DNA of 64,000 nucleotides from NCBI GenBank assembly GCA_903887775.1, contig CAISRB010000005.1, positions 80,773 to 144,772 on the forward strand, given 5' to 3'. This DNA is from an uncultured Bacteroidales bacterium. GTDB lineage: Bacteria; Bacteroidota; Bacteroidia; Bacteroidales; FEN-979. Position numbers and translations under genes: made by a program. Shown one piece after another: positions 48,501-57,096 of the stretch. The notes under the pieces are model-generated. The model saw only the letters and a list, made by a program, of their open reading frames with translations. It ran no database searches and was not told the DNA's origin. The first letter of the stretch is position 1. The number at the start of each line of letters is the position of its first letter.

Positions 48501-50117
48501 GGGGTGGTGCCCATGATCATCAGCCGTTCGCCCCTCTGGGGCCCCCTGGGAACTGTGATCTTCTTCGGGCTGATGTTCTCAATGGTACTGACCCTGTATA
48601 TTATGCCGGTGCTGTATTCAGTTTCATACAGCGATAAAGATAAAAAGCTACCATTCTGGACCATACCCGGGAGCGTGAAAATGCTGCTCATAGTTTTCAT
48701 ACTGATGACCCCATTGCTGATGGGTGTAAGCCAGGCCAAAGCCCAGGCCGGTGCCAGCCAGTCCCAGGCTGCAGTAAGCACAAGCCAGGCGAAAGCCCAA
48801 CCCCCAACCCCGAATCCCCAGCCCCCAAACCCTAACCCCCGGAACGTCACGCTTGATTCCTGCCGGCAGCTCGCCCTTCAGAACAACCATAAGATGAAGG
48901 AAGCCGAGTTGCAGGTAAGAGCCGCAGGCCAGCAGAAGATGGAAGTGTTCACCAACTTCTTCCCTTCGGTCAGTGCCGCAGCCTTTGCCCTTCGTTCATA
49001 CGATTACCTGATGAAGATTAAGACACCCGAAATGAACCTCCCGGTTTGGGACGGCAAGGATCCCAGGCAGCTGATCAACCCCACCCAGTTCACCTATGTG
49101 CCTTCCCTCTCCCTGAACCTCCTCAATTACCTGAATACGGCGGCAGTCACCGTTACGTTGCCGGTCTATGCCGGGGGAAGGATTCGGAGGGGGTATAAGC
49201 TTGCAAGGCTGGGCGAGGATGTGAGCGGTTACCAGAAAGAAATGACGCGGGAGGAGGTGCTCGCACGAACCGAGGAGTTGTTCTGGACATTGCAGTCACT
49301 GAGCGAAAAGGGAAAGACCATCATCAGTTACCAGCACATGCTCGATTCGCTTTACCGTGATGTGAACAACTACAGCAATGCAGGGCTGGCCCAGAAGAAC
49401 GACGTTCTGAAAGTCCAGCTGAAGCAGAACGAACTCAGGACCAGCATGCTGAAGCTGAAGAATGGCGTAAACCTTACTAGGCGGGCTTTATGCCAGCATA
49501 TAGGGCTGCCATATGACAGCAGCCTGGTCTTTACTTACGCCCCCGATCCGACGCTCGCGAACCTCACATACCAGGATCCGGAGCAGCTCGTGAAAAACAG
49601 AAGCGAGTATCAGTTGCTTAACAAGGCGGTGGAAGTCAAGCAGGTCCAGAAGAAGATGGCGGCAGGACAGTATATGCCCCAGCTTGCCCTTGTGGGAGCG
49701 GGTTTCACCTACGACATCATGAACACCACAAGCAACAATGCGCTGGGCATGCTTAGCCTGAGCGTACCCATTACCGACTGGTGGGCAGGCAGCCACAGGA
49801 TCAAGAAGCAGCAGCTCGAGGTGGAGCAGGCACAGAGCTCACTGGAGGAGAACACCGAATTGCTGGTGCTGCAGATACGCCAGGCCGCCAACGAAGTGGA
49901 GGAAAGCCGCTACCAGATCAGCGTTTCACAGCTGTCGGCGGAACAGGCGGTTGAGAACCTCCGCATCAGTCACGACAATTTTAAAGCAGGTGTCATCGGG
50001 ATTTCCGATCTGCTCGAAGCCCAGGCTGTTTTGCAGCAGGCGAAGGACAACTTAATTGAGGCCCAATGCCAGTTCCAGAGCAAGCTTGCAAAGTACAAAC
50101 TGATGACAGGAGGGTGA
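45582..50117 (+). CDS. Single ORF joining an RND efflux permease (aa 1 to ~1030) to a TolC-like outer-membrane factor (aa ~1034-1511)
   Basis: The N-terminal 1030 aa are AcrB/CzcA-like with 12 TM segments. They are followed by SDKDKKLPFWTIPGSVK, a signal-peptide-like MLLIVFILMTPLLMGVSQAKAQA (ATG at 48681), a Q/A/P-rich linker ending PPTPNPQPPNPNPRN, and about 420 aa of OEP/TolC repeats. No stop codon separates the parts. Confidence 0.85.
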   Translation: MEPKRFNLIEKAMRNNNIVVIIVMAIIIVGVIALLKMPRNEFPQFTIRQGVIVGVYPGATSAEVEKQLTSVVENYLFSYQEVKKAKTYSWSREGMMYIFVELNDDVKNADQFWSKLKHGLSELKMTLPAGVAALIANSDFGDTSALLITLSSDTKSYKELEEQLRRLESECRKIPATSKIKHFGLQKEKIFVNVKPELLNEYNIKSLTLLGSYQANGMVSYAGKLDDGRSVMPVHFPPNFESEKDLAEQIVYSDPDGNVVRLKNIATIERKYDKPDNFIRQNGKKTILLSLEMQPGNNIVAYGRDVDKVLGNFKKHLPAGIEIAKISELPKYVSDSVNNFLKEFLIAIVAVILVTLILLPLRVASVAGITVPISVMITLAILYFNGIELHTVSLASLILVLGMIVDNSIVVIDNHVAKIDMGFSPWHAAIKSARELVAPIIVATLAILAAYIPLAYMVPGTAGEFMNTIPWVVTIALSVSVLVALFLVPYLNFVFIKKGLKNVNKPGKKSFLDILQAWFDTSLDMAFRHPRLVIAIGIAFVILAVGLFQLTDQQLFPEMERNQFAVEVYLPTGSSLKVTEKVVDSLEAILLKDKRVTNVTTFIGTSSPRFHTVYAPQMPASNFGQLLVNTKSEKATRAIVNEYSPRYSDNFINAHVKWKVLALQLNKASIEVRISSDSVKDIRSTEKKVMEILAKTKGIAWVRTDWDQPRQNINVNLDRDKSNRMGYFKSLVATSVMIGLDGVPLTTIWEDDYPVDVVLKQDQSSTQNIKTLEDQYITSPMSFSAIPLRSMASFTPSWSEGTIVRRNGVPTLTVMVDNEQKAVAATILGHIKPQIEKLKLPEGTSISWGGDYEAMEEVFIPMGIALGVSILLIFFILLIQFRKAKLAILIMSGMLLTLPGAAIGILIMHYPFSVTAFIGITSLCGMVVRNGIILIDYARELHEKQGMSIKEAAIAAGKRRMRPIFLTSAAAGVGVVPMIISRSPLWGPLGTVIFFGLMFSMVLTLYIMPVLYSVSYSDKDKKLPFWTIPGSVKMLLIVFILMTPLLMGVSQAKAQAGASQSQAAVSTSQAKAQPPTPNPQPPNPNPRNVTLDSCRQLALQNNHKMKEAELQVRAAGQQKMEVFTNFFPSVSAAAFALRSYDYLMKIKTPEMNLPVWDGKDPRQLINPTQFTYVPSLSLNLLNYLNTAAVTVTLPVYAGGRIRRGYKLARLGEDVSGYQKEMTREEVLARTEELFWTLQSLSEKGKTIISYQHMLDSLYRDVNNYSNAGLAQKNDVLKVQLKQNELRTSMLKLKNGVNLTRRALCQHIGLPYDSSLVFTYAPDPTLANLTYQDPEQLVKNRSEYQLLNKAVEVKQVQKKMAAGQYMPQLALVGAGFTYDIMNTTSNNALGMLSLSVPITDWWAGSHRIKKQQLEVEQAQSSLEENTELLVLQIRQAANEVEESRYQISVSQLSAEQAVENLRISHDNFKAGVIGISDLLEAQAVLQQAKDNLIEAQCQFQSKLAKYKLMTGG

Positions 50118-50136
50118 CCGGGATCTTGTTTTTTTT

Positions 50137-50155
50137 AACTGCGGATGTGAGAGCC
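50137..50155 (+). repeat. Degenerate copy (R0) of the TGACTGCGGATGAGGGAGCGG repeat: AACTGCGGATGTGAGAGCC
   Basis: Read directly from the sequence. It is preceded by a T8 run, like copies R2 and R3. Confidence 0.5.
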
Positions 50156-50252
50156 CTGTAAATAAAACCTCTGCCTGCGCTGCCATGCAGGATTTTTATT
50201 CGTATTGTTGAACGAGATCATCCCTGTTCATCATTAAGCCGATTCTTTGCCA

Positions 50253-50571
50253 ATGAAAACCACGGTAAAACTTCTCATCATGCTGGTCCTGGTGCTGTCA
50301 GCATGTTCCAGGACAAATGTTTAGTATGATACTTCTGCGGCCGGAACCATCCAGGCAAAACTCCGGTCCATGGTCGACCAGCGTTACAAAGACCTTCACC
50401 GCCACGGCCATCCTGCTCCTGATGCAGGAGGGCAAGCTGGACCTGGATGCAAAGATCACCGACACCATCCCCGACACTGTTTCCGTTGCCGTTCCTTACA
50501 AGGGGCAGGATTACCGGAAATTGAACGCAAAATGCAAAAAGTCGGTAACATTGTTAACCCTGGTAAAATAG
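50253..50571 (+). pseudogene. Remnant of a serine hydrolase / beta-lactamase-family (class C-like) gene
   Basis: A lipoprotein signal MKTTVKLLIMLVLVLSACS ends at a TAG after 23 codons (50322-50324). The overlapping frame carries STSVTKTFTATAILLLMQEGKLDLDAKI (SxxK active-site block) but stops after about 80 aa. The rest of the roughly 350-aa fold is missing. Confidence 0.65.
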
Positions 50572-50634
50572 AAAAGCTACTCATAAAAAAGTTAAACGCA
50601 GAACCTGATTCAAAATGAGTTTCAAGAGATTAAT

Positions 50635-51699
50635 TTGTCCTCCCGGAAGGATTTTATTTTTAACTTAGTCATCATTTCTTGTACTACAGTTATGAATACC
50701 GATAGAGAGGGGTCAATGCTTATTGAGAAGCAAGGAAGCTTTGCCGTTGGAGGGACAGTGATTGACAATCCCGGAACATTTGACCCTTATCACCCGGGCC
50801 CCGCGGGACAAACCTATCATGGCGACCACGCATACGTTTTTTACCAGATCCCCGGAAAAGCCCGCAAGTTTCCTTTAGTGTTCTGGCACGGTAACGGGCA
50901 GTTCTCAAAGACATGGGAGACCACCCCTGACGGGCGGGAAGGATTTCAGAATATTTTCCTGAGGCGTGGTTTCGGGGTATATCTCATCGATCAGCCCCGC
51001 AGAGGTAATGCAGGTCGAAGCACCGTGGCAGGAACCGTCACCCCTGCACCCGATGAGCAGGAATGGTTTGATACATTTCGCATCGGAATATGGCCCGATT
51101 ATTTCCCGGGGGTACAGTTTGCAAAAGATCAGGAAACGCTGAACCAGTATTTTCGTCAGCTGACGCTCAACACAGGGCCTTTTGACCTGGGAGTGATTTC
51201 GGATGCCGTTTCTGAACTTTTTAACAGGATCGGGCCAGGAATCCTCGTTACTCACTCGCAGGCAGGCGGTCCGGGATGGCTGACGGCCATTAAAAATCAG
51301 AATGTAAAAGCTGTCGCAGCGTATGAACCCGGCAGCAATTTCGTCTTCCCTGAGGGAGAGGTGCCTCCTCCCATAGGGAGTTCTGCAGGCCCTTTAGTGG
51401 CGATTGGCGTGCCGATGCCGGATTTTATAAAGCTCACAAAGATCCCGATCATCATGTACTATGGGGATAATATCCCCGACCATCCGATGGCAAATCCGGG
51501 CCAGGACGGCTGGCGTGCTCGTCTTGAAATGGCCAGGTTATGGAGAGATGTTGTGAACCGTTACGGCGGGGATGTAACCTTGGTCTATTTGCCCGAAATT
51601 GGCATCCATGGGAATACCCACTTTCCGTTTTCTGATCTGAACAATGTAACAATCGCAGACTTATTATCTGCATTTCTGCATGACAAAGGCCTGGATTGA
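50635..51699 (+). CDS. Alpha/beta-hydrolase-fold protein
   Basis: 354 aa. FPLVFWHGNGQ, LVTHSQAGGPG (nucleophile elbow) and a late GNTHFPF block. A TTG start would give a lipoprotein-like signal (FIFNLVIISC). The alternative ATG is at 50692. Confidence 0.65.
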   Translation: MSSRKDFIFNLVIISCTTVMNTDREGSMLIEKQGSFAVGGTVIDNPGTFDPYHPGPAGQTYHGDHAYVFYQIPGKARKFPLVFWHGNGQFSKTWETTPDGREGFQNIFLRRGFGVYLIDQPRRGNAGRSTVAGTVTPAPDEQEWFDTFRIGIWPDYFPGVQFAKDQETLNQYFRQLTLNTGPFDLGVISDAVSELFNRIGPGILVTHSQAGGPGWLTAIKNQNVKAVAAYEPGSNFVFPEGEVPPPIGSSAGPLVAIGVPMPDFIKLTKIPIIMYYGDNIPDHPMANPGQDGWRARLEMARLWRDVVNRYGGDVTLVYLPEIGIHGNTHFPFSDLNNVTIADLLSAFLHDKGLD

Positions 51700-51765
51700 T
51701 AAATCACCGGCCATAATTGAAACTCGGGCAGTTGAATCCGGTAGTTACCTAAACCGATATACCGG

Positions 51766-52974
51766 TCAGCGGGTATTGTTCTTCCTGCTTATCCTAAGAA
51801 AAACTACATTTCCCGGGAGGAAGATCTTTTCGCAGGTGTTTGCTTCCGGCAGATCGTTGATGATCCTGCCTTTATTGATGCGGACCAGGAAAGTACATGA
51901 GCCGGCCAATGGTATTTTCAGTTTAACATCATTTTTCAGTTCGGTGAACCATCCCATATTTTCAAAGACATAGCGGCAGGTGTCGCCTTCAGTCCAGTGC
52001 CCGCGCACCTTGCTGTTGGGAAAACCAAAAGCATTTACCTTATACTCCAGTCGGAATGCGGTATCAGGCACTAACCTCACAGTCGCGTCCCCCAAATCAA
52101 ACAGGACCACCTTTGGATTGAGCCTGGCAAACTCCGCATTGGTCAGGTGGAATTCCTTCGAGGAGAAATAAGGCGTCGCGAGCATCAGTCCAATGGTGAT
52201 AACAGGCAGCAGTATGCCCATCGCCAGGGTGATCCGCCTTGCTTTTTTCTTTTGGTCTGCGGATGGCAGGACGGGAATTTCAATGGGTTTATCGACCCTG
52301 AACAGGTAATACCCGCATAATGCAACCAGCCAGACGATCAGCCCCGCCCAGAGCACATCACTGGCAAAATGGCCCCCCGCCATCATCCGGGCGATCCCTA
52401 TTATGATCCCATAACCAACGCCTGCCGCCAGGACAGAATATGCAAGGACCTTCTTCCTGTTCCTCAGGAACAGGTAAGGGATTGCCAGGTAAAATCCCAT
52501 CGAACAATGTCCGCAGGGGAAACTTTTGCCCTCATTCGTGGTCCCTTTTTCGCAAACGCAGATGAATTTTTCGGTGCCGCCGAACTCCGTGATCTCACGG
52601 GGGCGCGGACGTCCCGTATGATCTTTCAGCAGCAGGTTAACGATAAGTCCCGGGCCGACGAGCATTGTAAAGATAAGCACCATGGATGCCTTGCGGTAAT
52701 TGATGTATTTCACATTCCAGTAGGAGAGGGTGATCATGACGAGCCCGGCAAATGCAAGGAAATAACCCGGGAAGATCCCGAAACGGTAAATAAAATCCCA
52801 GAAAGGATGGAATTGAAGCAGCCAGCCTTTTTCGGGCGAATAGAACCAGCGTTGAAGTGCAATATCAGCATCGGTCAGACGAAAGACCAGGGTCAGCAAA
52901 CCCATGATCAGCAGGATGACAGAGAAGTCCTTAAACGCCCTGGTTTTTATGATTTCACTGAATTTCATCCCCAT
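51766..52974 (-). CDS. PAP2-family membrane phosphatase with extra C-terminal domain
   Basis: 402 aa with the PAP2 motifs KDHTGRPRP, PCGHCS and ARMMAGGHFASD. About 170 C-terminal residues lie after an additional TM helix. Confidence 0.75.
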   Translation of the reverse strand: MGMKFSEIIKTRAFKDFSVILLIMGLLTLVFRLTDADIALQRWFYSPEKGWLLQFHPFWDFIYRFGIFPGYFLAFAGLVMITLSYWNVKYINYRKASMVLIFTMLVGPGLIVNLLLKDHTGRPRPREITEFGGTEKFICVCEKGTTNEGKSFPCGHCSMGFYLAIPYLFLRNRKKVLAYSVLAAGVGYGIIIGIARMMAGGHFASDVLWAGLIVWLVALCGYYLFRVDKPIEIPVLPSADQKKKARRITLAMGILLPVITIGLMLATPYFSSKEFHLTNAEFARLNPKVVLFDLGDATVRLVPDTAFRLEYKVNAFGFPNSKVRGHWTEGDTCRYVFENMGWFTELKNDVKLKIPLAGSCTFLVRINKGRIINDLPEANTCEKIFLPGNVVFLRISRKNNTR

Positions 52975-53061
52975 GAATTGAGGATTTAAAGATAGGGATT
53001 TTCGCCGGAAGGAGGCAACAGAGTGATACTTCTTTTGTTGAAGCTGATTACGAAGTATGAA

Positions 53062-53598
53062 TCAGCTGACGGCTGCGGTAACCGCCCCTGCCGTTGCGCC
53101 TTCGTCACGGTTTTTCAGGATCAATGCGTATGTGCCGGCAAGCATCAGGATGGCGGCCATGGGATCATCATGCTCGAAAGTGATCTCAGCTGATTTTTTC
53201 ATCCCCAATTTCATATGCAGGCGCATAAGGACCACGTTATCCTTTTTCCATATCCAGGTTTTACCCCAGAAATCCTCCTTCACAAGTTCATAGACTTCGC
53301 CCCTGGGGCTGGTGAAACTCAACAGCCGCCGGCTCATATTTCTAACGTAGATTTTAAGCAATTCTGTTTCCTGGTCTTTCTTCCTCAGGGTGATCGTTGT
53401 CTTCCAGAATCCCTTGCGTTCAAGGATCCATTCCTGTTTCCCGGAACTTACGTAAGCCAGTGTGCCAAACATTTTGGGCAGAACAATGGTGCCGACCACT
53501 TCTTCGCCTATAGCCAGTTCATACCTTGATTCCATGATTTTCGGCTTCCTTAACCGGATGGTTGTGCCGGGAGATATCTGCAAATTGTAATTATCCAT
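53062..53598 (-). CDS. Hypothetical protein with C-terminal hydrophobic helix
   Basis: An open frame with coding-like composition. The first ATG is at 53598 (MDNYNLQ...), whereas the track used TTG at 53670. I recognise no motif. Confidence 0.45.
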   Translation of the reverse strand: MDNYNLQISPGTTIRLRKPKIMESRYELAIGEEVVGTIVLPKMFGTLAYVSSGKQEWILERKGFWKTTITLRKKDQETELLKIYVRNMSRRLLSFTSPRGEVYELVKEDFWGKTWIWKKDNVVLMRLHMKLGMKKSAEITFEHDDPMAAILMLAGTYALILKNRDEGATAGAVTAAVS

Positions 53599-53768
53599 TT
53601 TCCTGGGTTTTGTGGATCCGTGATTTAATTTAGACCAGTTCAAAATTACGGAATCCCCATCAATGATCAATGTTCAATAGTATTAATTTATTATTAATTA
53701 TTATCCTGCTGATTGCCCGTCTTCATTATCCGCAGTAAATTCGTCCGGCAGCTTAAAACTCAAAAAGC

Positions 53769-54518
53769 ATGGATACAATCGTTAACAAACACGTCAAATG
53801 GACAGAAGTCAGCCTGTTCTTTGTTGTTGCAGTCCTGGTTTCAGCCCCTTTCCGCCTCGGCATGATAAACATGGATCAACTGCTCCCGCTTCCCGGGGGA
53901 TTCGATGTGTTTTACAGGGTACTCAGGGGGATAGGTCCGGCGACTGCCGCTTTCCTGATGTTTTACGTGGTAAAGTCAAAGGTTGGCAGAACAGTGACCA
54001 TCAAAGGGAAAAACCTTCTCCTGGGACTGATCTCCATACTTCCCATACCCGTGGGGCTTGCCATTGCTGGCGTGAGAGGCGCGAACGGCCTGGCAGATCA
54101 TTACTCAGGGCTGCTCTTCGGGATCATGCTGGTTTTTTACGCCCTTTGTGAAGAATACGGATGGAGGGGCTACCTGCAGCAGGCCCTTTCGCCGGTTAAA
54201 TTGCCATACAGGATCCTTCTGATAACCGTTTTCTGGTATGCCTGGCACCTGAACTTTCTCAACCCCGCCATCAGCCTGAAGTCCCACATCATACATTTTC
54301 TTTCACTGCTTTTCGGATCCTGGGGATTGCTTAAGATCTCTGAGGTAAGCGGCTCCCTGCTGTTTGTTTCGGCGGTTCACCTGAGCTTCAACCTGCTCAT
54401 GGATACCGACTGCACATCCTCCTCAAAGCTCATCATCCTTGGAGTTTCGGTCCTGGTATGGGTGGGGTTGGTCCTCCTGTTTATAAGGCTGGACCAGACT
54501 ATATTGAATAAGGGTTGA
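53769..54518 (+). CDS. CPBP-family intramembrane glutamic endopeptidase (CAAX protease / Abi-like)
   Basis: 249 aa and polytopic, with motifs EEYGWRGYL (EExxxR), WYAWHL (FxxxH) and SAVHLSFN (HxxxN). Confidence 0.8.
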   Translation: MDTIVNKHVKWTEVSLFFVVAVLVSAPFRLGMINMDQLLPLPGGFDVFYRVLRGIGPATAAFLMFYVVKSKVGRTVTIKGKNLLLGLISILPIPVGLAIAGVRGANGLADHYSGLLFGIMLVFYALCEEYGWRGYLQQALSPVKLPYRILLITVFWYAWHLNFLNPAISLKSHIIHFLSLLFGSWGLLKISEVSGSLLFVSAVHLSFNLLMDTDCTSSSKLIILGVSVLVWVGLVLLFIRLDQTILNKG

Positions 54519-54532
54519 CTGCGGATGAGGGA
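54515..54532 (+). repeat. Repeat copy R1: TTGACTGCGGATGAGGGA
   Basis: Read directly from the sequence. It overlaps the CPBP stop codon (TGA 54516-54518). Confidence 0.75.
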
Positions 54533-54718
54533 CCAGGATAATAGCTGACGTTACGATAAATTAGCGAAAAGGAAGGGGACCCGGAAATATATATTTTAGT
54601 AGATATGTAAAAAACCCGGGATTAAGTTGTATCTTTTGTAGATCGGAGAGGATTGATATTGAATAATTTCCCCGAGATAAGTATCTTATTTCACACCCAT
54701 AGCTAAATCCCGGGGCCC

Positions 54719-56038
54719 ATGAAAAATCTGTTTGTTTTACCAGCGATCTTAATCCTGTTTTTTAGTGCAGGATGTAAAAAGAGCAATACCGTTTACAGCC
54801 CCGGAGCAGATTCTTACACTATTGCTGTTCTGGCCGACGATCATTACATGGATCCTTCCCTGCTGATAAAGGATGGCCCCGCATTCCAGGATTATCTTGT
54901 AACCGACGGGAAGCTCCTGGCCGCGAGTGATGCCATCATGCAGGAAGCTATCCAGGAATTACTCCAGGCAAAGCCCGACCTTGTCCTTATTCCCGGGGAT
55001 CTGACCAAAGACGGTGAACTGGTATGCCATAACTCTGTTCACTCATACCTGGAGCAGCTGATCCAGGCCGGAATCAAAGTCAGGGTTATTACCGGTAACC
55101 ATGACATTTTCAACCCGCATTCGTATCAGTATAACGGTGCTACACAGACCAGGGTCGCGAATATCGGTCCGTCTCAATTCAGGTCGATTTATTATGACTG
55201 CGGATACAGCGATGCGCTGTATACCGATCCGAACTCCCTGAGCTATGTGTCCGAGCCCTTGCCCAATCTCTGGCTCATCGCAATTGACTGCTGTAAGTAT
55301 GACAGTGTAATCGACACGATTTACACAGCAGGGGCCATCAGGCCGGGTACCATGAAATGGGTACTTGACCGCCTGGCGGAAGCAGCTCTGAAAGGCAAAA
55401 CAGTTTTTGGCATGATGCATCACGGATTAGTTGAACAATTTTCAGAAAAGCACGTGACATTCCCCGGCTTTATGTTAGATGATTACCAGGATGCATCAAA
55501 CCAGCTTATGAATGCGGGCCTGAAGATTATGTTTACCGGGCATTTTCATGCAACGGATATTACAGAGCAGCAATCAGGAAATCATACCTTGTATGATATC
55601 GAAACCGGTTCTATTATTGTTTACCCTTGTGCATACCGCATGATAACCTACATAAAGGATTCCTCGTTGATCCTTACAACGAAGCACATCAAAAATGCAA
55701 ACTATTCAATTGCCCCTTATCAGACTTTTACACAATATGCTGAAAGTTTAACCCTGATCGCTGCAGATACCATGTTTACGACAACCTTTAATAAGGGTAA
55801 GCAACCCAGTTATAATGATACAGCCTGGCATATTTCCCATTGCATGGGATCATCATTAATGGTCCATTTATACGGCGATGAAGACAGGGCCCTTGAGGAT
55901 ACAGCATCTATCGGGCAAACCGCAAGACATTACGGAGCTCCCTGGCTTCCCTATTACTGTGAATTCCTGTGGACTGATAAAATACCCAGGGACAATTCCC
56001 TGACAATCCTGCTGAAATCGGGTGCTTCGTTTAAATAG
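54719..56038 (+). CDS. Metallophosphoesterase lipoprotein
   Basis: 439 aa with lipobox LFFSAGC and calcineurin-like motifs VLADDHY, PGDLTKDG, TGNHD, MMHHG and TGHFHA. Confidence 0.75.
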   Translation: MKNLFVLPAILILFFSAGCKKSNTVYSPGADSYTIAVLADDHYMDPSLLIKDGPAFQDYLVTDGKLLAASDAIMQEAIQELLQAKPDLVLIPGDLTKDGELVCHNSVHSYLEQLIQAGIKVRVITGNHDIFNPHSYQYNGATQTRVANIGPSQFRSIYYDCGYSDALYTDPNSLSYVSEPLPNLWLIAIDCCKYDSVIDTIYTAGAIRPGTMKWVLDRLAEAALKGKTVFGMMHHGLVEQFSEKHVTFPGFMLDDYQDASNQLMNAGLKIMFTGHFHATDITEQQSGNHTLYDIETGSIIVYPCAYRMITYIKDSSLILTTKHIKNANYSIAPYQTFTQYAESLTLIAADTMFTTTFNKGKQPSYNDTAWHISHCMGSSLMVHLYGDEDRALEDTASIGQTARHYGAPWLPYYCEFLWTDKIPRDNSLTILLKSGASFK

Positions 56039-56066
56039 CATTCAACATAATCATAAATGCCAGTTT

Positions 56067-56615
56067 TCAGGCAAGGTTCATCGTTAGTGGTACCTTCTTC
56101 TCATCATAGTGCTTATAACCGATCCGTTTTCGCGGCCTGGGCTCCGGCAGGATTAATTGTCGCAGGGTTGTGTAAACCAGCTTAAACTGCTCGTCATATT
56201 TTGCTTCCATTTTATTTATTTTCTCTGCCAGGTCCTTTTGTGAGCTCAGTAATTTCCTGATCTGGACAAATGTTCTCATAATAGCAATATTCACCTGGAT
56301 TGCACGGTCGCTGTTTAAAATTCCGGAAAGCATTGCGACCCCCTGTTCAGTGAATGCAAACGGACTGGAACCACCCAAATGCTTTTTTGATGGCACAAAA
56401 TCAAGAGATAAAACAAGTTTAATTTCCTTCTCATTTAATACGAACATGAAATCTTCGGGAAATCGTTGTGGATTTCTTTTAACGGCTTGTTTCAGATTTT
56501 TCGTCTCGACACCATACAGAGCGGCAAGATCCATATCAAGGATTACATTCTGGCCTCGTAAAAAGTAGATGCGACTTGCAATATTTTCTTCTTTTATTAC
56601 ATCTAAAGTGCTCAT
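56067..56615 (-). CDS. ORF6N-domain (KilA-N-related DNA-binding) protein
   Basis: 182 aa. IYFLRGQNVILDMDLAALYGVETKNLKQAVKRNPQRFPEDFMFVLNEKE...PFAFTEQGVAMLSGILNSDRAIQVNIAIMRTF. Confidence 0.8.
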   Translation of the reverse strand: MSTLDVIKEENIASRIYFLRGQNVILDMDLAALYGVETKNLKQAVKRNPQRFPEDFMFVLNEKEIKLVLSLDFVPSKKHLGGSSPFAFTEQGVAMLSGILNSDRAIQVNIAIMRTFVQIRKLLSSQKDLAEKINKMEAKYDEQFKLVYTTLRQLILPEPRPRKRIGYKHYDEKKVPLTMNLA

Positions 56616-56629
56616 ATCATATTATTTAA

Positions 56630-56650
56630 GGTGTCACAATTTGTGACACC
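56630..56650. repeat. Perfect palindrome GGTGTCACAA-T-TTGTGACACC
   Basis: Read directly from the sequence, 15 nt upstream of the ORF6N start at 56615. Confidence 0.9.
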
Positions 56651-56924
56651 ATCAATTTCTACTGGGGATTGCAAAAGCTTATATGTCGTAATGTTCATTA
56701 GATCAGATTTATGTGTTGTGTGAGATGCCTGTAAATAATACCCGGCTGATATACCCTCTTTTCTCCTTAATCCGAGAACCTGCCAAAAGTGATACCCCAA
56801 ACCAGGAATGAAACCCAGATTCAGTTTTAAATCACAAACGTATCACCCCCGGAAAAGAGCCCGTGATAGAATTTCCAATCAAACTTTAGTTTCACCCGAT
56901 GGTCGGATCTGACAAATCCAGCCG

Positions 56925-56932
56925 TATCTTTG
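56925..56932 (+). promoter_or_regulatory. -7 promoter box (TATCTTTG) opening leader copy A
   Basis: Exact TAnnTTTG match. Similarity to copy B starts here. Confidence 0.6.
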
Positions 56933-57096
56933 CAATTGCATCCCGATTCCTTAAATGGGAACCAACCGAGTTGAACGCCACGGTGGTAAAACGATGTGGA
57001 TCTAAAGGATCAAAAGGGTTCATTTTTTATTTCACCCCTTGCCTTCCCCTTAGTTTTTCCTGGTGCGATTATGTTAAACCTTTAAACCTTAATCGT
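56933..57096 (+). promoter_or_regulatory. Conserved structured 5' leader, copy A (candidate attenuator or terminator-ended sRNA plus MLNL mini-uORF)
   Basis: Near-identical to 59013-59174. Hairpin P1 is at 56945-56962. Long-range stem P2 pairs 56972-56976 with 57018-57022 and is followed by T6. The mini-uORF is at 57071-85. Confidence 0.55.

Noticed and set aside
56965-57028. Leader structure as a tRNA-like element or a known riboswitch (fluoride, ZTP, c-di-GMP, preQ1, guanidine)
   Set aside because: There is no T-arm GGTTCRANYC, no 7-nt anticodon loop, and no match to the conserved cores of those riboswitch classes as I remember them. It needs a cmscan for certainty.
56899-57096. Upstream extension of the 287-aa ORF (non-ATG start)
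   Set aside because: It would translate the promoter box, the structured leader and the T-run that are duplicated at 59005-59174 before a different ORF. The ATG at 57097 aligns with the ATG of the second copy.
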